Assembly (NCBI GenBank): GCA_965226055.1
Contig: CBDDCA010000005.1
Location: 160,001 to 224,000 of the forward strand
From: Spirochaetia bacterium
GTDB taxonomy: Bacteria > Spirochaetota > Spirochaetia > WTKD01 > G963693115
Length of the DNA stretch: 64,000 nt
Reading direction: 5' to 3'
Shown here one piece after another: positions 41,881-52,071 of the stretch. A model generated the notes under the pieces. That model worked only from the letters and a program-made list of their open reading frames with translations, was not told where the DNA came from and searched no databases. A program made the translations under genes and the position numbers. Within the stretch, counting starts at the first letter, position 1. Each line of letters begins with the position of its first letter.

Positions 41881-42957
41881 ATGAGTAACATACCTTCCTA
41901 TCAACCAGGAGCCACAGTAGAACAAGGCATAAAACTTTCATCAAACGAAGCTCCGCTTGGAACATCACAGAAAGTCATTGAAGCTATTTGTAAAGCAGCA
42001 AAAAATACGTATCGGTATCCTCAACACAACCATGACACATTACATCATATAATTTCAAAAAAACATGCAGTAGCACAGGACAACATATTATGTGGAAATG
42101 GTTCTGACGAACTTATATGTTTTATCACTCAAGAATACTTACAGCCTAACGATACAGTCATCGTAGGTACTCCTTCTTTTTCTATTTATACTATCGCAAG
42201 CTCTCTTGCAAAAGCTACTGTTATAGCAAGTCCACTAAAAAACTGGCATTTCAATATAGAACATATTCTTGATACTATTGCCAATACAAAAATACTATTT
42301 TTATGTTCTCCTAACAACCCAACTGGCACATGCATAGCTCCACAAGAAATAATGACTCTCCTGCGAGAAATACCAGAGACAGTATATATTGTTCTTGATT
42401 TAGCATATATTGATTTCGTAGAAAAAAAATACACCATAGATTACAAGAGCTTACTTTCTACACATCCAAATATAATACTGTTACATACCCTTTCAAAAGC
42501 ATATGGAATAGCAGGACTTCGAGTAGGGTATGCTATTGCAAACACACAGATCATTTCTGCACTCACTCCTCACCGTATGCCTTTCAATATCAATACTCTC
42601 GCCTTTATTGGAGCAAAAGAAGCACTTTTAGATACTGTACACTATACCAATACATTACAGCATGTAGAGAAAGAAAGAGCACGATTACTAAAAGAGTATA
42701 CACAACTAGGGTGTAATCCTATACCAAGCCAAGCAAATTTCATTACTCTGTTTCCTCCCCTTTCTTCTCGTATAAAAGAATATCATAAAAAACATGGTAC
42801 TATAGCTCAAGCCATATTTCATTATTTTTTACAACAAGATCCTCCTATTAGCATACGACCGCTTAATTCATTTGGACTTGATTCTGGCATACGCATAAGT
42901 ATAGGAACAGAACAAGAGAATAATCTTGTTCTTAGTAGACTTTCACAGCTGATTTAA
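41881..42957 (+). CDS. hisC: Histidinol-phosphate aminotransferase family PLP enzyme
   Basis: KLSSNE.P, RYP, GNGSDELI, PNNPTG, D.AY, T.SKAYG.AGLRVGY, RISIG. Confidence 0.88.
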   Translation: MSNIPSYQPGATVEQGIKLSSNEAPLGTSQKVIEAICKAAKNTYRYPQHNHDTLHHIISKKHAVAQDNILCGNGSDELICFITQEYLQPNDTVIVGTPSFSIYTIASSLAKATVIASPLKNWHFNIEHILDTIANTKILFLCSPNNPTGTCIAPQEIMTLLREIPETVYIVLDLAYIDFVEKKYTIDYKSLLSTHPNIILLHTLSKAYGIAGLRVGYAIANTQIISALTPHRMPFNINTLAFIGAKEALLDTVHYTNTLQHVEKERARLLKEYTQLGCNPIPSQANFITLFPPLSSRIKEYHKKHGTIAQAIFHYFLQQDPPISIRPLNSFGLDSGIRISIGTEQENNLVLSRLSQLI

Positions 42958-43356
42958 TATCAGCTTTAATATGTCTATTGAACCTGGAACTAATTTAATC
43001 TTTTGCACAATTTCTTGAATCTGTTGTACACGTTCTTTCATAACGGTAGTATCATAGTCTTTAATATCAACAGCATGCGAATCTGATATAAACATCTTCA
43101 TTGTATTCGCTGGATTATTATGCTTTATCACTATCAGCATAGCTTGTAAAGCCCGTATCGCTTCAATAGAATCAGTGAATATGAGACAGTAAAAGTTAAT
43201 TTCAGGCCAAACAGAATCACCTCTTGCTTCACCATTGCTTCCTTTTCCTTGTTTCATTTCAAAAATAGAAAAATGCTGCTGAGGCAGTTTATCTTCCATT
43301 TCTTCTATAAATTCACTTAACAACTCATTATTTGAAAATATTTCAATTCTTTTCAT
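42943..43356 (-). CDS. PG0541-family (PII-like) transporter-associated protein
   Basis: G.G..G...G..VWPE.N motif; last gene of the RND operon. Confidence 0.7.
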   Translation of the reverse strand: MKRIEIFSNNELLSEFIEEMEDKLPQQHFSIFEMKQGKGSNGEARGDSVWPEINFYCLIFTDSIEAIRALQAMLIVIKHNNPANTMKMFISDSHAVDIKDYDTTVMKERVQQIQEIVQKIKLVPGSIDILKLILNQL

Positions 43357-43379
43357 ACTATATTCCTATTATTCTATGT

Positions 43380-46300
43380 TTATGATGATACATCTGATAT
43401 ATTATTACTACCAGTAGAAGTAAAACCAGCTTGTTCTAATACTTTTCTCTCATTCTCTTCTTTCATAGCTCTCCGCTTCTTTCTGCCTTTAGCTCCTAAG
43501 TTTGATTTTATCGTATGAAACGAAGCATATATCAATGGAATAAAAAACAAAGAAAGAAGTGATGATGTTCCTAAGCCTCCTACTAAGGTAAGGGCTAGTG
43601 GTTGTAGAAGCTCTGCTCCTGCTAGAGATGTCAATGCTAACGGAAGCATCCCTCCAATAGTAGTAAGTGTTGTCATGAGTATGGGCTGAAACCTATCTTT
43701 TGCCCCAGCAACTACCGCATCCATAAGAGCATAGTTTCTTGCTCGTAATGTATTGATACGATCTACTAACACTATCCCATGATTGACACTAATACCTACT
43801 AAAATTACTACACCAGCTAAAGAAAATGCAGAAAGCTGATTAGCAGTAAAAAAGTAAATAAGTATAACTCCCGAAAAAGAAAGAGGGATGGTAAACACAA
43901 TAAGAAACGGATCAGTGAAAGATTCAAACTGACTCGCCATAACACCAAATACAAACACTACAGCGAAAATAAAAATCAACAATAATGTTCGGTTTGTTTT
44001 ATTCCTATCTTCAAATTCACCTGCAAAATAATAAGTAATATCCTCATCTAAAGACAATGGGCTTTGCGAAAACGCTTGACGTGAATCAACAATGGCTTTA
44101 TCTATTCCATACCCTTGTGCTAAACGTGCTGATAAAGTAACAGTACGGGAGGCATTTTCGCGAAGTATGGTCTGTTCTGCATTGGACAAATCACGTAGCG
44201 TAAGATTCGCAAGAGGAATGCGTGATTTCGGTGTTTTTATGTACAACTGCTGAAATAAATCGGCTCTGTTTTTATCTGAATCTTGTAATTTCATGACAAT
44301 ATCATATTCTTTTGACCCTTGAGAATAAGTAGAGACTTTACTATCGGACACTGCTAGCTTTAGCTCATCACTCACTCCTCTTACAGTTAAGCCATAGGCA
44401 TTTGCACGTTCTCTATCCACACTAAGAGATATGGCAATATTTGAAGTGGGAAGATCACTTCTCACTGCTAAAAAGTTTGGAAGATTACGAAGAATAGCAG
44501 AAAATTGCTCTGATGCAACTTTTAATTTATCAAGATCATCCGATTGTATCTTAAGCTCAAAACCACCACCAAAGTTAGGTCCACCACCTTGAATTAAGCC
44601 TCCTATTCTAATAGGAATAGAATATTCTTTCGTAATTTCATTCAATGTATCAAGCAATTTCTCATACACATTTGTCTGCATAAACTCTGTAAACTTAATA
44701 CTCAGCGATGCTTTATATAAACCACTATCAAAAATGGAGGTTGTAGAACCTCCTCCTACTATTTCTAACTGATTACTCTTTACCTCAGGTAAAAGAGGGC
44801 GAATTCTTTCGTCAAAATCCAGTGCAGTTGTATACATTTGCTCATTAGTAGTACCAGCAGAAAAAGTAAAACTTGCCTCTATCCCTTCTTGTGCAAACGA
44901 TGGGAGAAAATTAAACCCTAAACTAGCAATAAGCAAGAAAGGAAGAAATGCTATTACCACAATAGAAAGAATAAATCGCTTTCTGCGTAGTACAATATAG
45001 TCTAATATTGCTTTATATACATTTTCTATAAACGCAAACATCCATTCAAAGAAAGAGTTTATTTTCCCAATAACCCCTTTTGTTTTATTGATATGGAGTG
45101 GAATAAATGTACTGGTAAGCACTGGTACTAAAAAGATAGCAGTAAGATATGAGATTATAATGGATACAACGATAGCAAAGCCTAGATTAGTAAAATAAGC
45201 ACCTACAACACCAAGTTCCCTCTCAAATAAAAGCATAGGCAAAAATACCAATACAGTAGTTATGGTAGAAGCAAATACAGGCACTGCCATTTCAGATACA
45301 CCATATTCAGCTGCAGGTAAAAGATTGACATTATTTTTTCGCTTAATATATATGTTTTCAAGTACTACTATTGAATTATCGACAATGAGTCCAATACCCA
45401 TTGCTAAGCCTGCCAGCGTCATAAAGTTAAGGGTAATACCATAATAATACATACTCATAATAGTAAGCACTATAGAAATTGGTATTGATACAGCAACCGA
45501 AGCAACCGAAGAAATATTACGTAAAAAGAGTATTAGAACTAATAATGCTAGTAACCCACCAGAAAGTGCAGTACTACTGACTGCGGAAAGTATTCTATTG
45601 ATAAATCCTGAAAAATCCTGAAATACTTCAAACTCAAAATCATCAGGACTTATCGTATTAAGGCGCTTTAGCTCATTACGTATATTTTGAGCAACTTCAA
45701 CTATATTTGAATCGTTATCCTTAAAGAAAATAATATCTACCGCAGGTTTTCCATTTAAGTAAATTTGTCTTGATTCATCTCCATACCTAAATGAAACATC
45801 AGCAATATCCCTTAGCCGAACATAGACACTATCGTTTCCATTTATTTTTCGTTCGGCAACAATAATATTTCTAACATCCTCTACTTTCTCATATTTTCCT
45901 TCAAAAACTACTCCTACCTGCTTAAATGTAGTATCAATAGTACCAATAGGACCACCATATCCATTTGCTTGAATAGTCTTTTTTAGCTCTCCAAGTGTAA
46001 GATCATATGCACTTAAGCGATTAAGAGAAACATCTATAATAATTTGCTTAGGCACTCCCCCTGAGATAATAACCAGCGAAACTCCATTTATCTGCTCTAA
46101 ATAATTGATAAGAGTATTATCTACATACTCACGAATCTCATTATGATTACGATTTGCCTTAATAAGCACAGACATAACAGGGTCCCCACTTGCACCAAAG
46201 CGAAATATCTGTGGCTTATCAGCTTCAGAAGGTAACGCATTTTCAATAGTATCTACTGCTGAACGTAAATTATCTACATTCTTATCCATACCACTTTTAT

Positions 46301-46589
46301 ACTTAAAAGTAACAAAAATACTACTAGATCCTTCATTTGTTGTTGAAGTAACTTTTTCTATATTATCAATAGAATTGATAGCTCTTTCAAGTGGTTTAGT
46401 AATGGTATCCTCAATTAACTCAGGGCTTGCACCAGGATAATTAGTATACACAGATACTTCATTAAATTCTACACTTGGCTGAAAATCAATAGGAATATTA
46501 GTAACAACAGATATACTAAAAATAAGCAATACAACAAAAATGATGAGTACTGTCTTAGGACGCCTTGTTACTGTTGAAAATACACTCAT
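43380..46589 (-). CDS. RND efflux permease (AcrB/AcrD/AcrF family)
   Basis: YPGASPE, G.IVDNSIVVLENI, ASQFES, R.QPILMTTLTT; 1069 aa. Confidence 0.95.
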   Translation of the reverse strand: MSVFSTVTRRPKTVLIIFVVLLIFSISVVTNIPIDFQPSVEFNEVSVYTNYPGASPELIEDTITKPLERAINSIDNIEKVTSTTNEGSSSIFVTFKYKSGMDKNVDNLRSAVDTIENALPSEADKPQIFRFGASGDPVMSVLIKANRNHNEIREYVDNTLINYLEQINGVSLVIISGGVPKQIIIDVSLNRLSAYDLTLGELKKTIQANGYGGPIGTIDTTFKQVGVVFEGKYEKVEDVRNIIVAERKINGNDSVYVRLRDIADVSFRYGDESRQIYLNGKPAVDIIFFKDNDSNIVEVAQNIRNELKRLNTISPDDFEFEVFQDFSGFINRILSAVSSTALSGGLLALLVLILFLRNISSVASVAVSIPISIVLTIMSMYYYGITLNFMTLAGLAMGIGLIVDNSIVVLENIYIKRKNNVNLLPAAEYGVSEMAVPVFASTITTVLVFLPMLLFERELGVVGAYFTNLGFAIVVSIIISYLTAIFLVPVLTSTFIPLHINKTKGVIGKINSFFEWMFAFIENVYKAILDYIVLRRKRFILSIVVIAFLPFLLIASLGFNFLPSFAQEGIEASFTFSAGTTNEQMYTTALDFDERIRPLLPEVKSNQLEIVGGGSTTSIFDSGLYKASLSIKFTEFMQTNVYEKLLDTLNEITKEYSIPIRIGGLIQGGGPNFGGGFELKIQSDDLDKLKVASEQFSAILRNLPNFLAVRSDLPTSNIAISLSVDRERANAYGLTVRGVSDELKLAVSDSKVSTYSQGSKEYDIVMKLQDSDKNRADLFQQLYIKTPKSRIPLANLTLRDLSNAEQTILRENASRTVTLSARLAQGYGIDKAIVDSRQAFSQSPLSLDEDITYYFAGEFEDRNKTNRTLLLIFIFAVVFVFGVMASQFESFTDPFLIVFTIPLSFSGVILIYFFTANQLSAFSLAGVVILVGISVNHGIVLVDRINTLRARNYALMDAVVAGAKDRFQPILMTTLTTIGGMLPLALTSLAGAELLQPLALTLVGGLGTSSLLSLFFIPLIYASFHTIKSNLGAKGRKKRRAMKEENERKVLEQAGFTSTGSNNISDVSS

Positions 46590-46618
46590 ACTACCTCCAC
46601 AAATCCCTGAAACTATAA

Positions 46619-47650
46619 CTAATTAACATTGCTATTGGTATCTTCTTCTGAAGGAACATTATCCAGTTCTAACAATTCTACAAGAGCATTTTCAACAAGA
46701 GATTCTTGTCCTGTTACTGCGATAACATCACCTACTGATAATCCCTCAGTTACTTGATAAAAATCTCCATCTTCAATACCGAGACTTATTGCTTGAAATA
46801 CTGCCAGTGTTATCCCATCTTGTTCAATTATCTTAAATACACCATTCAATGTTTTACCATCTCGAAAACGCTGTACGATATAATCAATACGTACTACTGG
46901 AACATCTGGTATTTCTTCAAGTATCAACTCTACAGTACCAAACATACCACTTTTTAAGCGTTCATCCTGATTTACAAAATCCAACTTTGCTTTCATAGTA
47001 TGGGTTACCGAAGAAAGTACAGAACTAGCAGTTCTTGTTATAACAGGAAAATTTTCCCCACGAAACGCAATAAGAGATATTGTTCCTCTTATTCCCACTT
47101 GTACATCATTGGCATATCGTTCTGGTATAAACAATTCTATTTCTAATTCTGAGTTATTTGCTACTTCTGCTATCACAGAATTTGCACTTACCTGATTACC
47201 TATCTCTATAAAGATAGTGCTAATCGTACCTGCTATTGATGCTTTTACAGGACTGAGTAAGAATTTTTCACCTGGCCGTGAAGGATCAATTTGTGCAATA
47301 ATTTGATTTTTACGCACATACTCCCCTTCTTCCACTAATAGTGTATGAAGTACTCCAGAAGTATCTGGGGTGATATTTGCAGAATCTTTTGCTTTAACGC
47401 TTCCTTCTACATTGATTCTTCGATAAATAGTTTGAGGAACTATTGTTACCGCATTGATACGAAAGCTAGCTTCTTCGCCTAAAGCAGCTAGTAAAAGCTC
47501 ATCTTCTTCAATCACCTCTCCTTTTTGAGAGCTGTTTCCTCCACATGCAATAAATGATACACTGAGATACAATACTAATGTAACAAGCACAGCACTGTGT
47601 ATCTTATAGCTAATACTATTCTTTGTCTTTTTTTTCAATGTATTATACAT
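46619..47650 (-). CDS. RND periplasmic adaptor (MFP) lipoprotein
   Basis: Lipobox FIAC; lipoyl-like V.EG..V..NQ.IA; LKSGMF; V.EGL..GD. Confidence 0.9.
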   Translation of the reverse strand: MYNTLKKKTKNSISYKIHSAVLVTLVLYLSVSFIACGGNSSQKGEVIEEDELLLAALGEEASFRINAVTIVPQTIYRRINVEGSVKAKDSANITPDTSGVLHTLLVEEGEYVRKNQIIAQIDPSRPGEKFLLSPVKASIAGTISTIFIEIGNQVSANSVIAEVANNSELEIELFIPERYANDVQVGIRGTISLIAFRGENFPVITRTASSVLSSVTHTMKAKLDFVNQDERLKSGMFGTVELILEEIPDVPVVRIDYIVQRFRDGKTLNGVFKIIEQDGITLAVFQAISLGIEDGDFYQVTEGLSVGDVIAVTGQESLVENALVELLELDNVPSEEDTNSNVN

Positions 47651-48971
47651 TATTTTCTTCTCCTAATAATAGTTGTATATCCAATAAAGATTTTATTATA
47701 CTAATGGTTTGCAATAAGTATCCTTTTTCTGCATCAAGTAAATTATTTTCAGCAGTCTGATATTCAGTAAGACGAGCAAGCCCATTGCCATATTTTACTT
47801 TCATAATCTCAAAAGCTGAACGTGCTAAATCACGTTGTCTTTGAGCTGTATCTAAAATTTCCACTTGTAGCTGTAATGTATTTTGCAAATTTACTAATTT
47901 TAATTCCAAAGCCTCTTCTGTTTTTTGTCTATTGAAGCTATGATTTTTATAATTTTTTCGAGCATTGATATATGCTAAAAACACAGGTGAGCCTGGAAGT
48001 AAGTTAGAAATATTAAAAGACAAATTAAAAGCGAGAGCACCAGTATCATCCGACCAATTAGAATCGCTATACCAACTTTTTTGTAAAGGATCTCCTTGAA
48101 AAACATGCGTACTTTGCCAGCTAAGCCCCAAAGTAGGCAATAGTGCTAATAAAGATGCGTATTGAGCAATATTCAATATTACCTCATCTTGCTCAGCTAT
48201 TTGTATATTGTAATTATATTCTAAGCTACTTTGTAATAAAACATCTTTTATAGTCTCTTCATTTATATCAGGAATATCTTCAATAAGCACAAACTGTGTC
48301 CCTTTCTCTTCTCCAATAATAGAGGCAAAGTTATTTGAAAAAGTAATAACAGAATTTTGCTTTGCATTTACCTGCTGTTCTATTTGCAGTTTCTGTATCT
48401 GAGACTGTAAGTACTTATATTCTTCCACTAAGCCTGCTTCATATGAAGTCTTTAGATTCTTGTTTTGATCAATACTCACTTGTAGTTGTTTTTTTAGTAT
48501 AAACAATTCTTCTTCTGCAATAAGGAGATCGTAATAGGCTTTTTGTACAGACACCAGTACAGTTTTAATAGCATTCTCATAGGTAAGCTCCCCTTTTTTG
48601 AACGCTAAATAAGAACCAAATACTTCCAATATTTTTTGTGCCAGCTTAGGACCAATCGGTGAACTTATTGACACACTCCTGTTAAGTCCCCATTGCGATG
48701 CATCGGAATTTGGAGTGGCAGCTGGTTCTACATTACGACGAGAAAGGTTTGCTGACATTACAACATTAGGGAGAATTGAAGACCATTTCCATGAATTTTC
48801 CCATGACAGTGTATCAAGTGTAGATCTTTGTAATTGAATATCTAAATTAGACTTTAATGCACGGTCTAAACTATCAGAAATGCTTAGCTTTAACTCTTGA
48901 GCAAAAACAGTCCCTATAAACACATGAATAGCAATAAAATTCAATACACACAAAAGCACATTTCTTTTCAT
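47643..48971 (-). CDS. TolC-family outer-membrane channel
   Basis: Signal peptide from ATG 48971; L..AL..N.D, V..AYY.L, Y..GL; upstream of MFP and RND. Confidence 0.88.
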   Translation of the reverse strand: MKRNVLLCVLNFIAIHVFIGTVFAQELKLSISDSLDRALKSNLDIQLQRSTLDTLSWENSWKWSSILPNVVMSANLSRRNVEPAATPNSDASQWGLNRSVSISSPIGPKLAQKILEVFGSYLAFKKGELTYENAIKTVLVSVQKAYYDLLIAEEELFILKKQLQVSIDQNKNLKTSYEAGLVEEYKYLQSQIQKLQIEQQVNAKQNSVITFSNNFASIIGEEKGTQFVLIEDIPDINEETIKDVLLQSSLEYNYNIQIAEQDEVILNIAQYASLLALLPTLGLSWQSTHVFQGDPLQKSWYSDSNWSDDTGALAFNLSFNISNLLPGSPVFLAYINARKNYKNHSFNRQKTEEALELKLVNLQNTLQLQVEILDTAQRQRDLARSAFEIMKVKYGNGLARLTEYQTAENNLLDAEKGYLLQTISIIKSLLDIQLLLGEENNV

Positions 48972-48980
48972 ATTATATCT

Positions 48981-49010
48981 ATAATACATGAAGTATAATA
49001 AAAGTGTCAA
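48981..49010 (-). promoter_or_regulatory. Putative tolC operon promoter
   Basis: TTGACA (49010-49005), 18 bp, TATTAT (48986-48981); the ORF-track start is actually the -35 box. Confidence 0.5.
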
Positions 49011-49278
49011 GGCTGGGATGGAAATTCAGGGAGAGCTTCTAATTACTAAGCGAACAGTCACTAAAAAATAAAAAAGCCCATAAGATACCCCTAACAATAA
49101 GAAGAAAAAAAAGAATATCTTATGAGCTATACACATATATATTATATCATAAATGCAAAGAAATAGTACAAGTACTTAAAAATTTCGTACCACACTTTTG
49201 AATTTACAAAAATATTGTAAAATATATCGTATTTACTGTATACTAAATATATAATAGTATATACCTAAAGAGGATACA

Positions 49279-50787
49279 ATGAGCAAAATAAAAACAGCAA
49301 CATCAAGAAGTAAATTTCCCTTAATTATTATATCAATACTTTTATTAGTAATAACAAAATATACTCCTGCTTGGGGAGCTCTTTCTCAAGAAGGCACTAT
49401 AACTTTGGCAGTAGTGATAATTATGGCATTACTCTGGATAATAGAGCCAATACCTATTTATGTTACTGCCTTACTACCACTCGTTATTTTTCCACTGTTC
49501 AGTGTTGATGCATTTTCCACAGTCGCAGCAAACTATGCAAATAAAAATATTTATCTATTCTTTGGCGGATTTATATTAGCAATAGCAATGGAAAATAGCG
49601 GTATTCATAAACGCATAGCTCTGCACATTCTCAAAGCAGTAGGAACAAAACCAGCAAACAGTATAGCTGGTTTCATACTTGCTTCAGGCTTACTGTCAAT
49701 GTGGATTAGTAACACAGCTGCTACAGTACTTATGATGCCTGTAGCATTTTCAGTAATAGCATTATTGAAAGAAAACTTTGATGCAAAATTACATAAAAAA
49801 ATATCCATTGCTATTTTTCTTTCATTAGCTTTCTCTGCATCTATAGGAGGAATGGGAACATTGATTGGTACTCCCCCTAATTTAATACTTACTGCTTTTG
49901 CAAAAGAACAAAATATAGATATTGGTTTTGGACAATTTATGGGTATTGGTATTCCTATCTCTTTAGTTGGCTTTTTTCTTTTATGGTTCATGTTTACAAA
50001 AGTTTTCTTCCGATTTGAAAATAAGCCTATTGAGGGAACAAAAGAACTCATAGAACGTGAAATTGCAAAGCTATCTCATATGAGCAAAGCAGAAATAAGA
50101 GTGCTTATTGTGTTTATTTTTACTGCATTTTTTTGGATATTTCGTACCCTATTATCAAAATATATCTTTGCTCATATTGGAATTACCCTTAGTGATCCTG
50201 GCATTGCTATGGTTTCTGCCATAACATTATTTATACTTTCAGATGGACAAGGGAAACCAATGGTAGTATGGAAAGACATAAAACCTCTTGTATGGGGAAT
50301 TATTACTCTGTTTGGAGGAGGATTAGCTCTGGGACAACAGATACAAAAAACTGGTGTTGGAGCATGGATAGCAGAGGGAATACAAGACAATCTTACAAAT
50401 ACACCGCTTATTGCTATTATTGCTCTTATCACTATCATAACAGTTATTATAAGCCAATTTGCTAGTAATACAGCAACAACTGCAGCATTTTTACCAATCT
50501 TTTTTCCACTCGCACAAGCAATTAACCTGCACCCTTTATTTATACTGCTTCCATTAACACTAGGAGCAAGCTCAGTATTTATGCTTCCTTCAGCAACTCC
50601 CCCAAATGCTATTGTTATGTCAGGAGAAGGGATAACAATAAAAGATATGGTAAAATATGGGAGCATATTCAACATAATATACATAGTGTTTATTATTGCT
50701 ATAGTCTATGTATATCTACAATTTGGATGGTTCTTTGATACAGGAGATGGAACATTCTCCTATTATATACAGTCTATCAGCAAATAA
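49279..50787 (+). CDS. DASS/SLC13 sodium:dicarboxylate (or sulfate) symporter
   Basis: SMWISNTA, GTPPN, SNTA, LPSATPPNAI. Confidence 0.95.
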   Translation: MSKIKTATSRSKFPLIIISILLLVITKYTPAWGALSQEGTITLAVVIIMALLWIIEPIPIYVTALLPLVIFPLFSVDAFSTVAANYANKNIYLFFGGFILAIAMENSGIHKRIALHILKAVGTKPANSIAGFILASGLLSMWISNTAATVLMMPVAFSVIALLKENFDAKLHKKISIAIFLSLAFSASIGGMGTLIGTPPNLILTAFAKEQNIDIGFGQFMGIGIPISLVGFFLLWFMFTKVFFRFENKPIEGTKELIEREIAKLSHMSKAEIRVLIVFIFTAFFWIFRTLLSKYIFAHIGITLSDPGIAMVSAITLFILSDGQGKPMVVWKDIKPLVWGIITLFGGGLALGQQIQKTGVGAWIAEGIQDNLTNTPLIAIIALITIITVIISQFASNTATTAAFLPIFFPLAQAINLHPLFILLPLTLGASSVFMLPSATPPNAIVMSGEGITIKDMVKYGSIFNIIYIVFIIAIVYVYLQFGWFFDTGDGTFSYYIQSISK

Positions 50788-50803
50788 AAGGAGTAATAAG
50801 AAA

Positions 50804-52015
50804 ATGTTTTGCAATCCTACATATAGAAAACCTGAGCAATCAGGCATATCATCACCAATACATTACGGAGTAAAATGGAATCATACAGATAACCTCTCTC
50901 GATACGATATTATAATCCCTAAAGATATAATTCCATTATGGGTAGCAGATATGGATGTTGAAGTGTCCCCTGCAATCTATCAAGCATTAAGATATGTTAC
51001 TGAACACAAAGTATTTGGGTATTCACAAGAAACAGCAGAAACACGAGAATTAGTATGTCATTGGCAGAAAGAGCGACATCAATGGAATACAGTAAGGCCT
51101 GAAGAAATAGTATTTTCTTCGGCAACTATTACTGCCCTCATATTCCTACTCTACAGCATCACTAATAAAGGAGATGAAGTAATTGTACAGCAGCCTGTAT
51201 ATCCTCCTCTCAGTAATTGCATTGAAGCACATAAACGTGTATTAAAAGTAAACACATTGATAAAACACGATACTACTTACTCTATGAATATAGCTGAATT
51301 AGAATCACTTATCACTAAGAAAACAAAAATGCTTATTTTATGTAATCCTCAAAATCCAACAGGACGTGTTTGGCAAAAAAAAGAATTACAGCAAATCATT
51401 GAAGTGTGCAAAAAACATAATATATATATATTTTCTGATGATGTGCATGCTGATATTGTATACGCTCCGCATCGTTATGTTCCCATAGCCAGTATAGATA
51501 CAGATTATACTGATAAAATAATCACAGCAAACTCTATCGTAAAAGCGTTTAATATTCCCGGCCTGCATATTGCTATGCTACATATTTCAGATGCACATAT
51601 ACGCAATACATTTCAAAGAATGCAAAAAGCATGCATTGGTCACTCAATATTATCTCCTTACGCTATAGCAGCACAAGAAGCAGCAATGAAAGATTCTCTG
51701 CCTTGGCTACAATCACTTTTACTTGCATTAGAAGAAAATCGCAATATGCTTTTTCGTTACATTCAAAAACATATGCCTCAAATTCGTGTTCATAACCCCG
51801 AAGGGACCTTCGTCATGTGGCTTGATTTTTCTTCATTTCAACTTGATGAAAAATCGTTATTTTCTACCATATATACAAAAGCAAAGCTAGGTCTAAAAAA
51901 TGGTATAGATTTTGGTGCTTCTGGAACATCACATATGCGACTAAACTTTGCCTGTTCTCCCCAGCTGTTAAAAGAAGCAATGCAGTCTTTACATCATACT
52001 CTCAATACACTGTAG
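50804..52015 (+). CDS. MalY/PatB-family PLP C-S lyase (cystathionine beta-lyase-like)
   Basis: IPLWVADMD, LCNPQNPTGRVW, SDDVHAD, K.FNIPG, EGT..WLD, RLNFAC; start ATG 50804 after AAGGAG. Confidence 0.92.
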   Translation: MFCNPTYRKPEQSGISSPIHYGVKWNHTDNLSRYDIIIPKDIIPLWVADMDVEVSPAIYQALRYVTEHKVFGYSQETAETRELVCHWQKERHQWNTVRPEEIVFSSATITALIFLLYSITNKGDEVIVQQPVYPPLSNCIEAHKRVLKVNTLIKHDTTYSMNIAELESLITKKTKMLILCNPQNPTGRVWQKKELQQIIEVCKKHNIYIFSDDVHADIVYAPHRYVPIASIDTDYTDKIITANSIVKAFNIPGLHIAMLHISDAHIRNTFQRMQKACIGHSILSPYAIAAQEAAMKDSLPWLQSLLLALEENRNMLFRYIQKHMPQIRVHNPEGTFVMWLDFSSFQLDEKSLFSTIYTKAKLGLKNGIDFGASGTSHMRLNFACSPQLLKEAMQSLHHTLNTL

Positions 52016-52071
52016 CATCACTCTCTCTATAAGTTTCTCACTAAAATAAAAAATAGTATATCATAGTAACT

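Noticed and set aside
50708-50803. 80-bp overlap between DASS and MalY ORFs
   Set aside because: Artefact of the longest-ORF start; ATG 50804 with AAGGAG removes the overlap
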